DNA of 64,000 nt. Origin: Saprospiraceae bacterium. Its GTDB lineage: Bacteria > Bacteroidota > Bacteroidia > Chitinophagales > Saprospiraceae. How positions within the stretch are numbered: the first letter of the stretch is position 1; each line of letters begins with the position of its first letter. Positions 55,085 to 64,000 of this stretch are shown one piece after another. A program made the position numbers and the translations under genes. The DNA is taken from positions 169-64,168 of the forward strand of contig JABFRV010000153.1 in assembly GCA_013140975.1 (NCBI GenBank), given 5' to 3'. Under the pieces are notes generated by a model that was not told where the DNA came from, did not search any database, and worked only from the letters and a program-made list of their open reading frames with translations.

Positions 55085-57631
55085 TTACTGTATTCCTACA
55101 GAACTTGAATACTCTTTATAGGCTTTTAATCCGCATTCCAGAAAAGTTCTGTACTCCTCAATATCTGGATGATAACCTCGAGGCTTTGTAATTATCTTTT
55201 CATCGGGTGACATTACAACATAAAGAGGCTGTGAATTCTGATTGAAGTTTACGATTTGAAAGTCAGCCCATTTATTTCCAACATTTCGAATCGGATTTTT
55301 TGTATGAACAGAAATGTACTGTTCATTAAGCATTTCTTTGTCATCAACATAAAGAGACACAAGAACAAAATCTTTCATTAGGCTATTTCTTATTTTATCG
55401 TTCACCCAGATATGTTCTTCCGTTTTTCTGCAATTTACACAAGCATAGCCGGTAAAGTCAATAAAGATTGGCAAACCTTTTTCTTTAGCGTATGTCAGAC
55501 CCTCATAATAGTCGTGGAAGCAATCGATATTGTTGGCACATTTAGTGAATGAAGGAAATCTGGCTTTGATTTCAGGATCTACATCCGGTTTTTTAAGAAA
55601 ATAATTATACGTAGAAGGAGGAGCTAATCCGCTCATAAGACTTAAGGAAGTATAAGATTGATATTTTTCAGAATATCTGAATCCAAAACCAAGATAAACT
55701 GCAATACCTAAGAATAATAATGCAAATGAAAATCTTGGAATGGATAATTTTTTAATTGGGCTGTCGTGCGGAAATTTTATCCAACCCAATAAATAGATTC
55801 CGGTTAATGCAAACAGGATCAACCAGAGACCCATAAATATTTCATAACCCAATATTCCCCAATGCTTGGTCATATCTGCTGTGCTTAAGAATTTTAAAGC
55901 AAGTGCTAATTCAATAAATCCCAATACAACTTTAACATTGGTCATCCATCCACCTGATTTAGGAAGAGTGTTTAACAACGCAGGAAACGCAGCAAATAAT
56001 CCAAATGGAAGTGCGAGAGCCAATGAAAAACCACACATTACTATGACGGGTCCTAAGGATGAGCTTCTTGCAGATTCAACAATGGCAGATCCAATAATGG
56101 GTCCTGTACAGGAAAATGAAACTATTGCAAGTGTAAATGCCATAAAGAATATTCCTATAACTCCGCCTTTATCAGCCATAGCATCAGATTTATTAGACCA
56201 GCTACTTGGAAGCGTAATTTCAAAAAATCCAAAGAACGATAATGCGAAGACTATGAAAATAATAAAAAAGATGACATTGGCAATCCAATTGGTTGACAGA
56301 TCATTCAGCGCAGTAGGTCCGGCTATAATATTAATAAGCGTTCCAAGAACGACATAAATAAGTATTATTGAAAGCCCATAAAGTATTCCATTCTTTATTC
56401 CTGATTTTTTGTCTTTGCTGCCTTTTAAAAAAAATGAAACAGTAAGAGGAATCATCGGAAAAACACAAGGAGTTAAAAGAGCAACTAGTCCACCCAGAAA
56501 CCCAAAAAGAAAAGTCCAAAAATGATTCGCACCTTTAATATTTTCTTCGCCACAATTTCCAACCGGACTAACAAGACTTTCTTTAATCTGAGGGATAACC
56601 TGATCTAATTTATTTCCATCTATTTTTAAACCTGTTCCTCCCGCTGGAGAGTTGCCTTCCAACAAGATTGTATTTTTATCAGCCAGTATTTCAAATGCGA
56701 GATTTTTAGGAGGGAGGCATTTGGATGCATCGCAAGTCTGATAGGTAAAGAATCCTTTAACGGGTTTGGTTATATCAACAATATTTATTTTTTGTGTGAA
56801 GCTTGCTTTTTCTTTAAATTTGGTAACGTTCATTTCAAAAATATCATCGTAACCAGACCATTTATGCTCGCATATTTCTTCAACTTTACCATCTAAAGAA
56901 AAATTATCATCTTTGGTAAATTCAATTCCGGATCCACGGGGTCCATCATCTGATGGTAGATCACTTGAATAAATATGCCATCCTTTTTCTATTGTTGTTT
57001 CGAATTGAACAGCAAACTGTTTTTCAGATATTTTTTTTAAACTTGCCTGAACTTTGATTGGATCGAATATTGTTTGCGATTCAGGATTAATATCCGCTGA
57101 AATTACTGGATCAATATTCATTGGCATTCCACCACCACCTGTTTTTTTTATTTCTTCATTCTGAGCTGGTGATGATTGATTATTTAATGAAAGAGTAAAT
57201 TCTTTGGTAGTTGGCGGAATACATGTTTCAGAATTGCACGCCATAAAGTATGTGCTGGCTTTTAAGGTATTTAGTGGACCAGCTGCTTTGAATTTTTGAA
57301 CAAAATCAACATGATCATAATATTTTGCAAGAATTGCATTTTCGAATAGAGGCTCTGGTGCTTTTTTAAGTTTGCCGCGTTCTTCAACCTTTCCTAACAA
57401 CTCAATACTGGAATTTTTCTCGATAGTAACTTCAGTAGGAATAGCTCCATTTGGATCAGAAGTCTGACTGTAGATGCACCATCCTTTGTCCATTGTTGCA
57501 GAAATAATGAGTTCATATTCCTGATTGCCTATAGAATTGATTTTTGATTCCCAGTGAACAGGATCAAGAATCTGTGCTGCGAGCCGGGAGGAAATAAAAA
57601 AGATAAGAATTAGATTATAGGCAAACTTCAT
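55085..57631 (-). CDS. DsbD-family thiol:disulfide reductase with tandem N-terminal DsbD-alpha-like domains
   Basis: 848 aa. Two similar N-domains (aa 21-148 with C132/C137; aa 188-315 with C300/C305). TM core with LTPCVFPMIPL and SFSCTGPIIG. C-terminal thioredoxin domain with FTGYACVNCRK. Confidence 0.85.
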   Translation of the reverse strand: MKFAYNLILIFFISSRLAAQILDPVHWESKINSIGNQEYELIISATMDKGWCIYSQTSDPNGAIPTEVTIEKNSSIELLGKVEERGKLKKAPEPLFENAILAKYYDHVDFVQKFKAAGPLNTLKASTYFMACNSETCIPPTTKEFTLSLNNQSSPAQNEEIKKTGGGGMPMNIDPVISADINPESQTIFDPIKVQASLKKISEKQFAVQFETTIEKGWHIYSSDLPSDDGPRGSGIEFTKDDNFSLDGKVEEICEHKWSGYDDIFEMNVTKFKEKASFTQKINIVDITKPVKGFFTYQTCDASKCLPPKNLAFEILADKNTILLEGNSPAGGTGLKIDGNKLDQVIPQIKESLVSPVGNCGEENIKGANHFWTFLFGFLGGLVALLTPCVFPMIPLTVSFFLKGSKDKKSGIKNGILYGLSIILIYVVLGTLINIIAGPTALNDLSTNWIANVIFFIIFIVFALSFFGFFEITLPSSWSNKSDAMADKGGVIGIFFMAFTLAIVSFSCTGPIIGSAIVESARSSSLGPVIVMCGFSLALALPFGLFAAFPALLNTLPKSGGWMTNVKVVLGFIELALALKFLSTADMTKHWGILGYEIFMGLWLILFALTGIYLLGWIKFPHDSPIKKLSIPRFSFALLFLGIAVYLGFGFRYSEKYQSYTSLSLMSGLAPPSTYNYFLKKPDVDPEIKARFPSFTKCANNIDCFHDYYEGLTYAKEKGLPIFIDFTGYACVNCRKTEEHIWVNDKIRNSLMKDFVLVSLYVDDKEMLNEQYISVHTKNPIRNVGNKWADFQIVNFNQNSQPLYVVMSPDEKIITKPRGYHPDIEEYRTFLECGLKAYKEYSSSVGIQ

Positions 57632-57652
57632 AAGACAATACTTTGAATACTA

Positions 57653-57660
57653 CAAAAGTA
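57653..57660 (-). promoter_or_regulatory. candidate -7 box (TACTTTTG on minus strand) for the dsbD-like gene
   Basis: Plus strand reads caaaagta, 21 nt upstream of the start at 57631. Confidence 0.45.
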
Positions 57661-57719
57661 AATTATAATTAACCATAATAGCTGGCACCAAATCGTATTA
57701 ACTTGATTTTAACCCGATT

Positions 57720-58439
57720 TTAAGCCAATAGTAACTGATGTTCCTTGATCCAGGAAAATAAGGACATAAATAAAGCTTTGCCATCTGTATTACCAAGCTC
57801 GGATTCAGAAGCCCGTTCAGGATGAGGCATCATTGCGCAAACATTTTTAGTAGCATTACAGATACCGGCAATATTCATCACAGAGCCGTTTACATTGCTC
57901 TCCGGGCTTACTACGCCTTTAGAATCACAATATTGGAACATGATTTGATTATTCTTGATTAATTCTTGTAATGTCGAATCATCGCAAAAATATCTTCCAT
58001 CTGCGTGAGCGATTGGAATCATATATGGTTTATTCAAATCAAGATCATAAGTAAGTGGCGTTTCCTTGCAATAGGGTTTTAAATAAATATTCCTGCAAAT
58101 AAATTTTTGAGATTCATTAACCAATAGCTGACCGGGGAGCAAACCGGCTTCACATAGAATTTGAAATCCATTACAAATTCCGATTACAATCCCACCTTTT
58201 TCAGCAAATTTTACGACCGCATTCATGATAGGTGAAAATCTGGCTATAGCTCCGCAACGTAAATAATCCCCATATGAAAAGCCTCCTGGAACGAACAATA
58301 TGTCTCCAGGGTTATAATGATCCAGATTCGTATCCTTATGCCAAAGTTTTTCGACCTTACAGTGAATAACCTCCTTCATTACATAAAGCATATCATCATC
58401 ACAATTGGATCCGGGAAAGGTAATTACTCCACATTTCAT
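57720..58439 (-). CDS. purQ: phosphoribosylformylglycinamidine synthase subunit PurQ (glutaminase)
   Basis: 239 aa. FPGSNCD, GGFSYGDYLR, nucleophile GICNGFQIL, and HPER. Confidence 0.9.
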   Translation of the reverse strand: MKCGVITFPGSNCDDDMLYVMKEVIHCKVEKLWHKDTNLDHYNPGDILFVPGGFSYGDYLRCGAIARFSPIMNAVVKFAEKGGIVIGICNGFQILCEAGLLPGQLLVNESQKFICRNIYLKPYCKETPLTYDLDLNKPYMIPIAHADGRYFCDDSTLQELIKNNQIMFQYCDSKGVVSPESNVNGSVMNIAGICNATKNVCAMMPHPERASESELGNTDGKALFMSLFSWIKEHQLLLA

Positions 58440-58444
58440 TGATT

Positions 58445-59422
58445 CTACCAGTTTTGAAGCTGCAAAAATAAGCCAAGTAGGACAAAGATGAGATGAATAG
58501 TTTCTACCAAAAGCTCATTTTTTACTTTTGAAACAATTACTCCTAAAAGTATGCTTAATGGAGTGATTAAGAAAATAATATGTGAAAATGAATCTATTTT
58601 AAAAAATAATATGCTAAAGAAACTTATTAAAGAAGTCCAGAACATAAAATCAAAAAATTTCTGGGCTGCGATCTGTGTTTTTATTTGAAACAAATTAAAC
58701 TTCACAAATGCCAGGATAAATAGTAAAATTATAATACTAAATGCTATTAATCCTTTAGATGTAAATATCATCGACAAAATATAAGGACTGAAAAATTCCT
58801 TCACCTGATTGTTCCAATAAATATCTAAGCTATTATTGATATAGAATAAAGAAAAAAGTAAAAATATCGGTGTAAAAAACCCGGATAAAGTCTGAAGGAA
58901 TTCTTTCAAATTAAAACCCCTAAAAACAGTAAGGCCAAAAATACCAAGTACTAAAAACCAACTTGCCGGAAGATAAAATACGCATGCTATTCCTAGGAAA
59001 AAACCAAAATTATAAAGTTGAAGTATTGCATTTTTGTTGAGATAAATTGAACAGATTGAATGCAAGGCAAGAACAAAGAAAAGATTTGAAATCAAAACGG
59101 GACCTACTCCAAAAATTGAAGTATGTAATCCTGTCAAAATAATAAAAACAAGTCCTGGAAACAATTGCCCTTCTGGAACAATTTTTACTCGATTGGCTAT
59201 TACATTTAGAATATAAGCCTGCAGAAATATAAGTATATGAGAAAAGTAAAAATAATTTTGGTCGGAAACAGAGAGGCTTTGTGTTATTTTTTGAAAGAGC
59301 CATGAATGGCTGTATTCAGCTTGATCATAATTTACAAAAAATCTTCCACTGTGAACTACAAATATGTAAGGTAGCAACAATAAAGTATTCAAAAGTATAT
59401 TGCGCCTGAAAAGTTTCAGCAT
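58445..59422 (-). CDS. polytopic membrane protein of unknown function
   Basis: 325 aa, about 9 hydrophobic helices. 5-nt gap to purQ. Confidence 0.55.
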   Translation of the reverse strand: MLKLFRRNILLNTLLLLPYIFVVHSGRFFVNYDQAEYSHSWLFQKITQSLSVSDQNYFYFSHILIFLQAYILNVIANRVKIVPEGQLFPGLVFIILTGLHTSIFGVGPVLISNLFFVLALHSICSIYLNKNAILQLYNFGFFLGIACVFYLPASWFLVLGIFGLTVFRGFNLKEFLQTLSGFFTPIFLLFSLFYINNSLDIYWNNQVKEFFSPYILSMIFTSKGLIAFSIIILLFILAFVKFNLFQIKTQIAAQKFFDFMFWTSLISFFSILFFKIDSFSHIIFLITPLSILLGVIVSKVKNELLVETIHLIFVLLGLFLQLQNW

Positions 59423-59495
59423 GGAATAGAATCTGAGGCTAAGATACAGATGTATTGGAAATTGGATAAAACTTATGGAAGAAATGATTGTTTGT

Positions 59496-59503
59496 TACCT
59501 TTG
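59496..59503 (+). promoter_or_regulatory. candidate -7 box (TACCTTTG)
   Basis: 16 nt upstream of ATG 59520. Confidence 0.45.
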
Positions 59504-59519
59504 AGACGCTTTACCCGGA

Positions 59520-60497
59520 ATGAGCTATAATCTAAAGGAAATAAGGTCTGTTATTCTTCCAGAGTTGGAACAATTTGAAGAACACTTTAAGTTGGCGATA
59601 AAAAGCAGGATTCCACTTCTTGACAAAATTAGCCTGTATATAATTAAAAGTAAGGGTAAACAATTCAGACCAATGCTATCCATGCTCTGTTCTAAAATGT
59701 GTGGAGAAATTAATAAAAACAGTTTTACTGCGGCGACAATGGTTGAGCTTTTGCATACAGCAACCTTGGTTCATGATGATGTTGTCGATGACTCAGATCA
59801 AAGAAGAGGTTTTTTTTCAATTAATGCATTGTGGAAAAATAAGATCGCTGTTCTGGTAGGAGATTATTTATTGTCAAAAGGCTTGTTAATTGCATTGCAA
59901 GACAATCAATTCGAAATGCTTAAAATTCTCTCACAGGCTGTTAGTGATATGAGCGAAGGTGAATTGTTGCAATTGGAGAAAGCACGAAGACTTGATATAA
60001 CAAAAGATATTTACTACCAGATCATAAGGCAAAAAACCGCCTCACTCATTGCTGTTTCTTGTCAATGTGGCGGCATAAGTGTAACGAATGATCAAAATGT
60101 ATTGATGAATCTACAAGAATTCGGAATCAATTTGGGAATAGCATTTCAGATTAAAGATGATTTGATGGATTTAGGAACTTCAACATTTCTTGGCAAACCC
60201 AAGATTCAGGATATACGGGAAAAGAAAATGACACTTCCACTTATTTTGGCTCTGCAAAATGCTCCACCTTCTATAAGTAAAGATATAATTGGGGGAATAC
60301 GAAATGATTCAGAAAATGAGAAAATCATTCGTACAACAGTTGAATTCATACATAAGTACAACGGAGTAAGTCAGGCAACGGAAGAAATGAATCAGTATCG
60401 TGATAAAGCGCTTGAACAACTGCATAATTTTCCGGAGAATGAAGCAAGAGAAAGTTTGAGAAAACTATGTTATTTTGTTACGGAAAGAGAAAATTAA
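59520..60497 (+). CDS. polyprenyl diphosphate synthase (IspB/octaprenyl-type)
   Basis: First DDxxD in LVHDDVVDDSDQRRG, second in FQIKDDLMD, and GKQFRP. Confidence 0.85.
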   Translation: MSYNLKEIRSVILPELEQFEEHFKLAIKSRIPLLDKISLYIIKSKGKQFRPMLSMLCSKMCGEINKNSFTAATMVELLHTATLVHDDVVDDSDQRRGFFSINALWKNKIAVLVGDYLLSKGLLIALQDNQFEMLKILSQAVSDMSEGELLQLEKARRLDITKDIYYQIIRQKTASLIAVSCQCGGISVTNDQNVLMNLQEFGINLGIAFQIKDDLMDLGTSTFLGKPKIQDIREKKMTLPLILALQNAPPSISKDIIGGIRNDSENEKIIRTTVEFIHKYNGVSQATEEMNQYRDKALEQLHNFPENEARESLRKLCYFVTEREN

Positions 60498-60550
60498 TGA
60501 AGCTCTGAAGCTCTAATGCTCTAAAGCTCCAATGAAGAAATTGAAAATTG

Positions 60551-60569
60551 TCCCGACATGAAGTCGGGA
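60551..60569. repeat. 7-bp-stem hairpin tcccgac-atgaa-gtcggga (copy 1)
   Basis: Perfect inverted repeat, flanked on both sides by gaaaattg words. Confidence 0.8.
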
Positions 60570-60671
60570 TGAAAATTGAAAATGAAGATCTTTCGGATTA
60601 ATGTTGGACCACTTCGTTTAGTGCTCTGAAGCTCTAATGCTCTGAAGCTCCAATGAATAAATTGAAAATTG

Positions 60672-60690
60672 TCCCGACATGAAGTCGGGA
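60672..60690. repeat. 7-bp-stem hairpin tcccgac-atgaa-gtcggga (copy 2)
   Basis: Identical to 60551-60569, 121 bp downstream. Confidence 0.8.
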
Positions 60691-60914
60691 TGAAAATTGA
60701 AAATGAAGATCTTTCGGATTAATGTTGGACCACTTCGTTTAGTGCTCTGAAACTCTAATGCTCCAATGACTTAATTGAATATTGAAGATTGAAAATGAAG
60801 CTCTGAAGCTTGATTGCTTTGATGAATTAATAAGCGTAAATAAATTATTTAGGATACGATTAATGAGTTTCAATCACTTTAATTTGCAAATTCACTCATT
60901 TGCAAATTTTCAAA

Positions 60915-62837
60915 TTAACTCATTTCATTTTTCATCATTTCGACAAATTCCCCGATTCCCATTGAGCCCTGTTCAGCAGATCCTTGTTTTCTGAATGAAA
61001 GATTTTTTTCATTGGTTTCTTTTTCACCAATGATAAGCATATAAGGAATTTTTTTGAGTTCGTTGTCACGAATTTTTTTGCCAATAGATTCCAGGCGATC
61101 GTCAATGTCACCGCGAAGACCTGCTTCAGTTAACTGTTGATGAACATGATGAGCGTGCTCATTGTATTTATCACTGATAGTAAGAATCATAAATTGGTCT
61201 GGAGTTAACCACAAAGGAAATTTTCCTGCACAATGTTCAGTTAACACACCAATAAATCTTTCCATAGATCCAAAAGGTGCACGATGAATCATAACGGGAC
61301 GATGCTTGGCATTATCAGAACCAATATACTCCAATTGAAATCTTTCCGGAAGATTATAATCAACTTGGATGGTACCCAATTGCCATGATCTTCCCAAGGC
61401 ATCTTTGACCATGAAATCTAACTTAGGTCCATAAAAAGCAGCCTCACCAAGCACAGTTACAGTCTCTAATCCAGCTTCCAGAGTAGCATCAATAATGGCT
61501 TGTTCAGCCTTTGCCCAGTTCTCGTCAGATCCAATATATTTTGTTTTGTTTTCCGGATCACGCAATGAAATTTGAGCAGTAAATGATTCAAATCCTAGTT
61601 TTTTAATAACATGCATTGTCAGATCCAATACATTTAGAAATTCTGCCTTTACCTGATCAGGTGTACAAAAAATATGCGCGTCATCCTGCGTAAAACTACG
61701 CACTCTTGTTAAGCCATGTAATTCTCCACTTTGTTCGTATCGGTATACAGTTCCAAATTCAGCGATTCGTAGTGGAAGATCACGATATGATCTGGGTTTA
61801 TGTCCATAAATTTCGCAATGATGAGGACAATTCATTGGCTTCAACATAAATTCTTCTCCTTCACGTGGAGTTTTTATAGGCTGAAATGAATCTGCGCCAT
61901 ATTTATCCCAATGACCACTCGTTTGGTATAGGTTTTTATGTCCTATATGTGGGGTTATAACAGGTGTGTATCCACGTTTTATTTGTTCGTGTTTTAAAAA
62001 ATCTTCTAATCTCTGTCTTAATGCAGCGCCTTTGGGTAACCATATCGGTAGACCCATGCCAACTCTTTCGCTAAACATAAAGAGTTCTAATTCCTGGCCC
62101 AACTTGCGATGATCTCTTTTCTTTGCTTCTTCGAGCATTAAAAGATATTCGTCTAATTCTTTTTGTTTGGGAAAGGTAATGCCATATATACGTGTCATTT
62201 GTTGACGTGATTCATCACCACGCCAATACGCTCCTGCAAGAGCAGTTAATTTTATAGCCTTAATGATTCCGGTGTTGGGTAAATGCGGACCTTTACAGAG
62301 ATCGGTAAAATTTCCCTGCGTATAAAATGTTATGTTACCGTCTTGTAGATCTTGTAATAATTCTAACTTATATTCATCGCCTTTAGACGTAAAAAATTCG
62401 ATTGCATCTTTTTTGGAAATTTCCTTGCGTACATAATTGGAATTTAATTTTGCAAGTTCCTGCATTTTTTTTTCTACAGCCTGAAGATCGTTTATTGATA
62501 ATACTCTTCCACCTGTATCTATATCATAATAAAATCCATTATCAACAGAAGGACCAATTCCGAACTTGGTTCCCGGATAAATAGCTTCCAATGCTTCTGC
62601 CATCAAGTGAGCAGAAGAATGCCAAAATGTAGATTTGCCTTCTTTGTCATTCCAAGTAAGAAGTTGAATTTTAGCATCAGATTGAATGGGTCTGTTGATT
62701 TCAACAACCTGATCATTAACTTTTGCGGCAATTATATTTCTGGCTAATCCTTCACTAATAGATTGCGCTACTTCAAATGCAGTTACTCCCGAATTGTATT
62801 CCTGAATTCGCCCATCCGGAAAACTAATGTTTATCAT
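60915..62837 (-). CDS. thrS: threonine--tRNA ligase
   Basis: 640 aa. N-terminal TGS domain, editing-domain HSSAHLMA, class II core ([26 protein letters not shown]) and a C-terminal anticodon-binding domain. Confidence 0.95.
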   Translation of the reverse strand: MINISFPDGRIQEYNSGVTAFEVAQSISEGLARNIIAAKVNDQVVEINRPIQSDAKIQLLTWNDKEGKSTFWHSSAHLMAEALEAIYPGTKFGIGPSVDNGFYYDIDTGGRVLSINDLQAVEKKMQELAKLNSNYVRKEISKKDAIEFFTSKGDEYKLELLQDLQDGNITFYTQGNFTDLCKGPHLPNTGIIKAIKLTALAGAYWRGDESRQQMTRIYGITFPKQKELDEYLLMLEEAKKRDHRKLGQELELFMFSERVGMGLPIWLPKGAALRQRLEDFLKHEQIKRGYTPVITPHIGHKNLYQTSGHWDKYGADSFQPIKTPREGEEFMLKPMNCPHHCEIYGHKPRSYRDLPLRIAEFGTVYRYEQSGELHGLTRVRSFTQDDAHIFCTPDQVKAEFLNVLDLTMHVIKKLGFESFTAQISLRDPENKTKYIGSDENWAKAEQAIIDATLEAGLETVTVLGEAAFYGPKLDFMVKDALGRSWQLGTIQVDYNLPERFQLEYIGSDNAKHRPVMIHRAPFGSMERFIGVLTEHCAGKFPLWLTPDQFMILTISDKYNEHAHHVHQQLTEAGLRGDIDDRLESIGKKIRDNELKKIPYMLIIGEKETNEKNLSFRKQGSAEQGSMGIGEFVEMMKNEMS

Positions 62838-62863
62838 ATATAAAAAATGTAAATAATATGCTG

Positions 62864-62871
62864 CAAAAATA
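62864..62871 (-). promoter_or_regulatory. candidate -7 box (TATTTTTG on minus strand) for thrS
   Basis: Plus strand reads caaaaata, 26 nt upstream of the start at 62837. Confidence 0.4.
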
Positions 62872-63005
62872 ATGAAAAAAATAGACTATGGCTTTAAAAG
62901 TATAAGGGATGAAACTGACTGGGTTGACTGTTGACAAGTTGATGGCTTACAAGGTTTCAAGAAAACCTATGCTTGTGATAGATAATTTTATAAATGCAAC
63001 AATTC

Positions 63006-63026
63006 ATCCTGACATAAAGTCGGGAT
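63006..63026. repeat. hairpin atcctgac-ataaa-gtcgggat, related to the 60.5-kb hairpins
   Basis: 8-bp stem with one G-U pair. Flanked by the 9-bp direct repeat aattcatcc (63001-63009 and 63027-63035). Confidence 0.7.
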
Positions 63027-63095
63027 AATTCATCCAACAAGCGTGCGGGATATGGTTACACTCAATAATTCATAATTCATAACTCATCATTCATT

Positions 63096-63845
63096 CTATT
63101 TCTTCCAATTAAAACTTGAAATAAAGTTCACTGCCGGATAATAAATGCTACGGACGTCTTTCTTATCATTTCGGATTAACCATTCATGCCCAAGTCCAAT
63201 ATCCAACTTATATTTTTTATTGAATTGAATTCCCATGCCCAGATAGGCCCAATATTCACTGTATGTTTGAAATCTCAAAGGTCCTGACAATGTTACATAT
63301 TCTTCACTATATCCTGTAAAGTATATATTGCTGTTTTCTTTAGAGAAATGCTTTGCTATAAATTTTATTTGTGTTTTATATTGAAGGGTAAGCGAAAGCG
63401 GAAAAGTCTGCAATGATTTATTTTCAGCAAATCTCTGATTGAATCTAAGCATATGTGTAACTTTAATTTTTCGCCAGTTATGATCATATTCCAATTGCTG
63501 GAAGGGACGATATTCAGTACTGAATCTGGAATCAAAAGGAAAGTTGCGTTGATAATGAAATCCGATAGCGGATCTCCAATTATTTAAAAACCTGTAATGT
63601 AAAATATTAACAATCTGGAGTCTGATATTACTTGCTCTATATTCCAATTGATCAAATTGAAGATCCTTGGGATTTAGTATATTGGAGAAGTTGAAAACCC
63701 AATCAAATTTTTTAAAGTAATTATGTTGCGAATAGGATTGAAATATTCCTGTAAAACGAATGTCCTGAGAATAAGCTCGGGATAATAAAGTTATAGCTGT
63801 GAAGAAAATAAAGGCAAGTAAAACTTTCACCGTTTCAAAGATCAA
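63096..63845 (-). CDS. secreted beta-rich protein, DUF2490-like
   Basis: 249 aa. Signal peptide ..LLSRAYSQ; alternating aromatic/polar pattern; ends in ..SSFNWKK. Confidence 0.4.
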   Translation of the reverse strand: MIFETVKVLLAFIFFTAITLLSRAYSQDIRFTGIFQSYSQHNYFKKFDWVFNFSNILNPKDLQFDQLEYRASNIRLQIVNILHYRFLNNWRSAIGFHYQRNFPFDSRFSTEYRPFQQLEYDHNWRKIKVTHMLRFNQRFAENKSLQTFPLSLTLQYKTQIKFIAKHFSKENSNIYFTGYSEEYVTLSGPLRFQTYSEYWAYLGMGIQFNKKYKLDIGLGHEWLIRNDKKDVRSIYYPAVNFISSFNWKK

Positions 63846-63881
63846 ATGTAAATAATTTACTTAATTTTACAGGAATATTTT

Positions 63882-64000
63882 ATGAAAAACGAATCAATGT
63901 ATTATGGAGTAGGTATTATTATTTTGCTTATTGGTCTATTCGCGTACGGAAAGTTTATGCAAACAAATAATGAAATAGATAAAATCTATGGAATAACTGT
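63882..64000 (+). CDS. 5' end of an ORF running off the window (small TM segment)
   Basis: The ATG at 63882 opens MKNESMYYGVGIIILLIGLFAYGKFMQTNNEIDKIYGIT.. with no stop before the window end. Confidence 0.25.
   Translation, partial: MKNESMYYGVGIIILLIGLFAYGKFMQTNNEIDKIYGIT

Larger units (their letters stand above)
60501..60742. repeat. 121-bp tandem direct repeat, 2 full copies (a degenerate third copy continues to about 60830)
   Basis: Copy 1 is 60501-60621 and copy 2 is 60622-60742, nearly identical by eye. Each contains GCTCTGAAGCTCTAATG words, GAAAATTG words and one hairpin. Confidence 0.9.

Noticed and set aside
38436-56357. Long antisense or alternate-frame ORFs inside large genes (for example 38436-38834, 43851-44246, 48985-49200, 49622-50110, 53476-54541 and 55866-56357).
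   Set aside because: Each lies wholly within a motif-supported CDS on the other strand or frame, has low-complexity or odd composition, and has no start context of its own.
60501-60830. CRISPR array.
   Set aside because: The repeat unit is 121 bp and the copies are directly abutting with no unique spacers. No cas genes are present. The ATTGCC region is likewise made of 7-8-nt words, not 25-40-nt repeats with spacers.
1-64000. tRNA, rRNA or tmRNA genes.
   Set aside because: I scanned for T-loop-like GGTTCRAATCC strings. The only near matches (about 1315 and about 12315) lie inside well-supported CDSs without acceptor or anticodon stem context.

Overview
This is a visibly AT-rich chromosomal segment whose features point to Bacteroidota. 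The pointers are several Por/T9SS-type C-terminal sorting domains, a GLPGLI protein, a hybrid two-component/AraC regulator, and TAnnTTTG -7 boxes 7-26 nt upstream of many start codons. All calls rest on reading motifs in the supplied translations and the DNA by eye; no searches were run.

Layout:
- 1-7.7 kb: housekeeping genes (split transketolase, DEAD-box helicase, thioredoxin-fold protein, GT2).
- 7.8-20 kb: a long minus-strand envelope and polysaccharide block. It holds GLPGLI, a plug/beta-barrel OMP, an aminotransferase, two GTs, a Cys-less AsnB-like enzyme and a Wzx flippase. A divergent FemAB-like/alpha-toroid gene pair faces it.
- 20.1-25.1 kb: a 1667-aa C25 (gingipain/PorU-like) peptidase with a T9SS tail.
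- 25-32.4 kb: GT2, rsmG, a T9SS propeller protein, metG, a spermidine-synthase-like methyltransferase, a WecA/MraY-family transferase and crcB.
- 32.6-36.6 kb: a 1.3-kaa hybrid sensor kinase/response regulator/AraC protein.
- 36.6-37.4 kb: a GC-richer island of AATTGCC-type word repeats. It carries a four-helix-bundle (23S rRNA IVS/Avd-like family) gene bracketed by 78-bp direct repeats.
- 37.6-50.5 kb: a co-directional operon of giant secreted proteins. These are an S74 tail-fibre-domain protein, a 2345-aa LamG/FN3 T9SS protein, and a HYR/Cys-rich/TSP3-like T9SS protein that a 1-nt frame change splits into two ORFs.
- 50.9-64 kb: ahcY, a DUF2279-like protein, a 5'-nucleotidase, a DsbD homologue with a duplicated N-domain, purQ, a membrane protein, a polyprenyl synthase, thrS and a DUF2490-like protein.

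No tRNA, rRNA, CRISPR array, transposase or integrase was seen.

The most interesting signals are:
1. The surface-fibre/adhesin operon and a roughly 110-aa module repeated four times across its ORFs.
2. The frameshift at a GGG-TAG site, which falls inside one of those modules.
3. The repeat-bracketed four-helix-bundle cassette.
4. A family of intergenic elements made of short tandem words plus a small hairpin. This includes a 121-bp tandem repeat and words that recur in fixed orientation just after stop codons.
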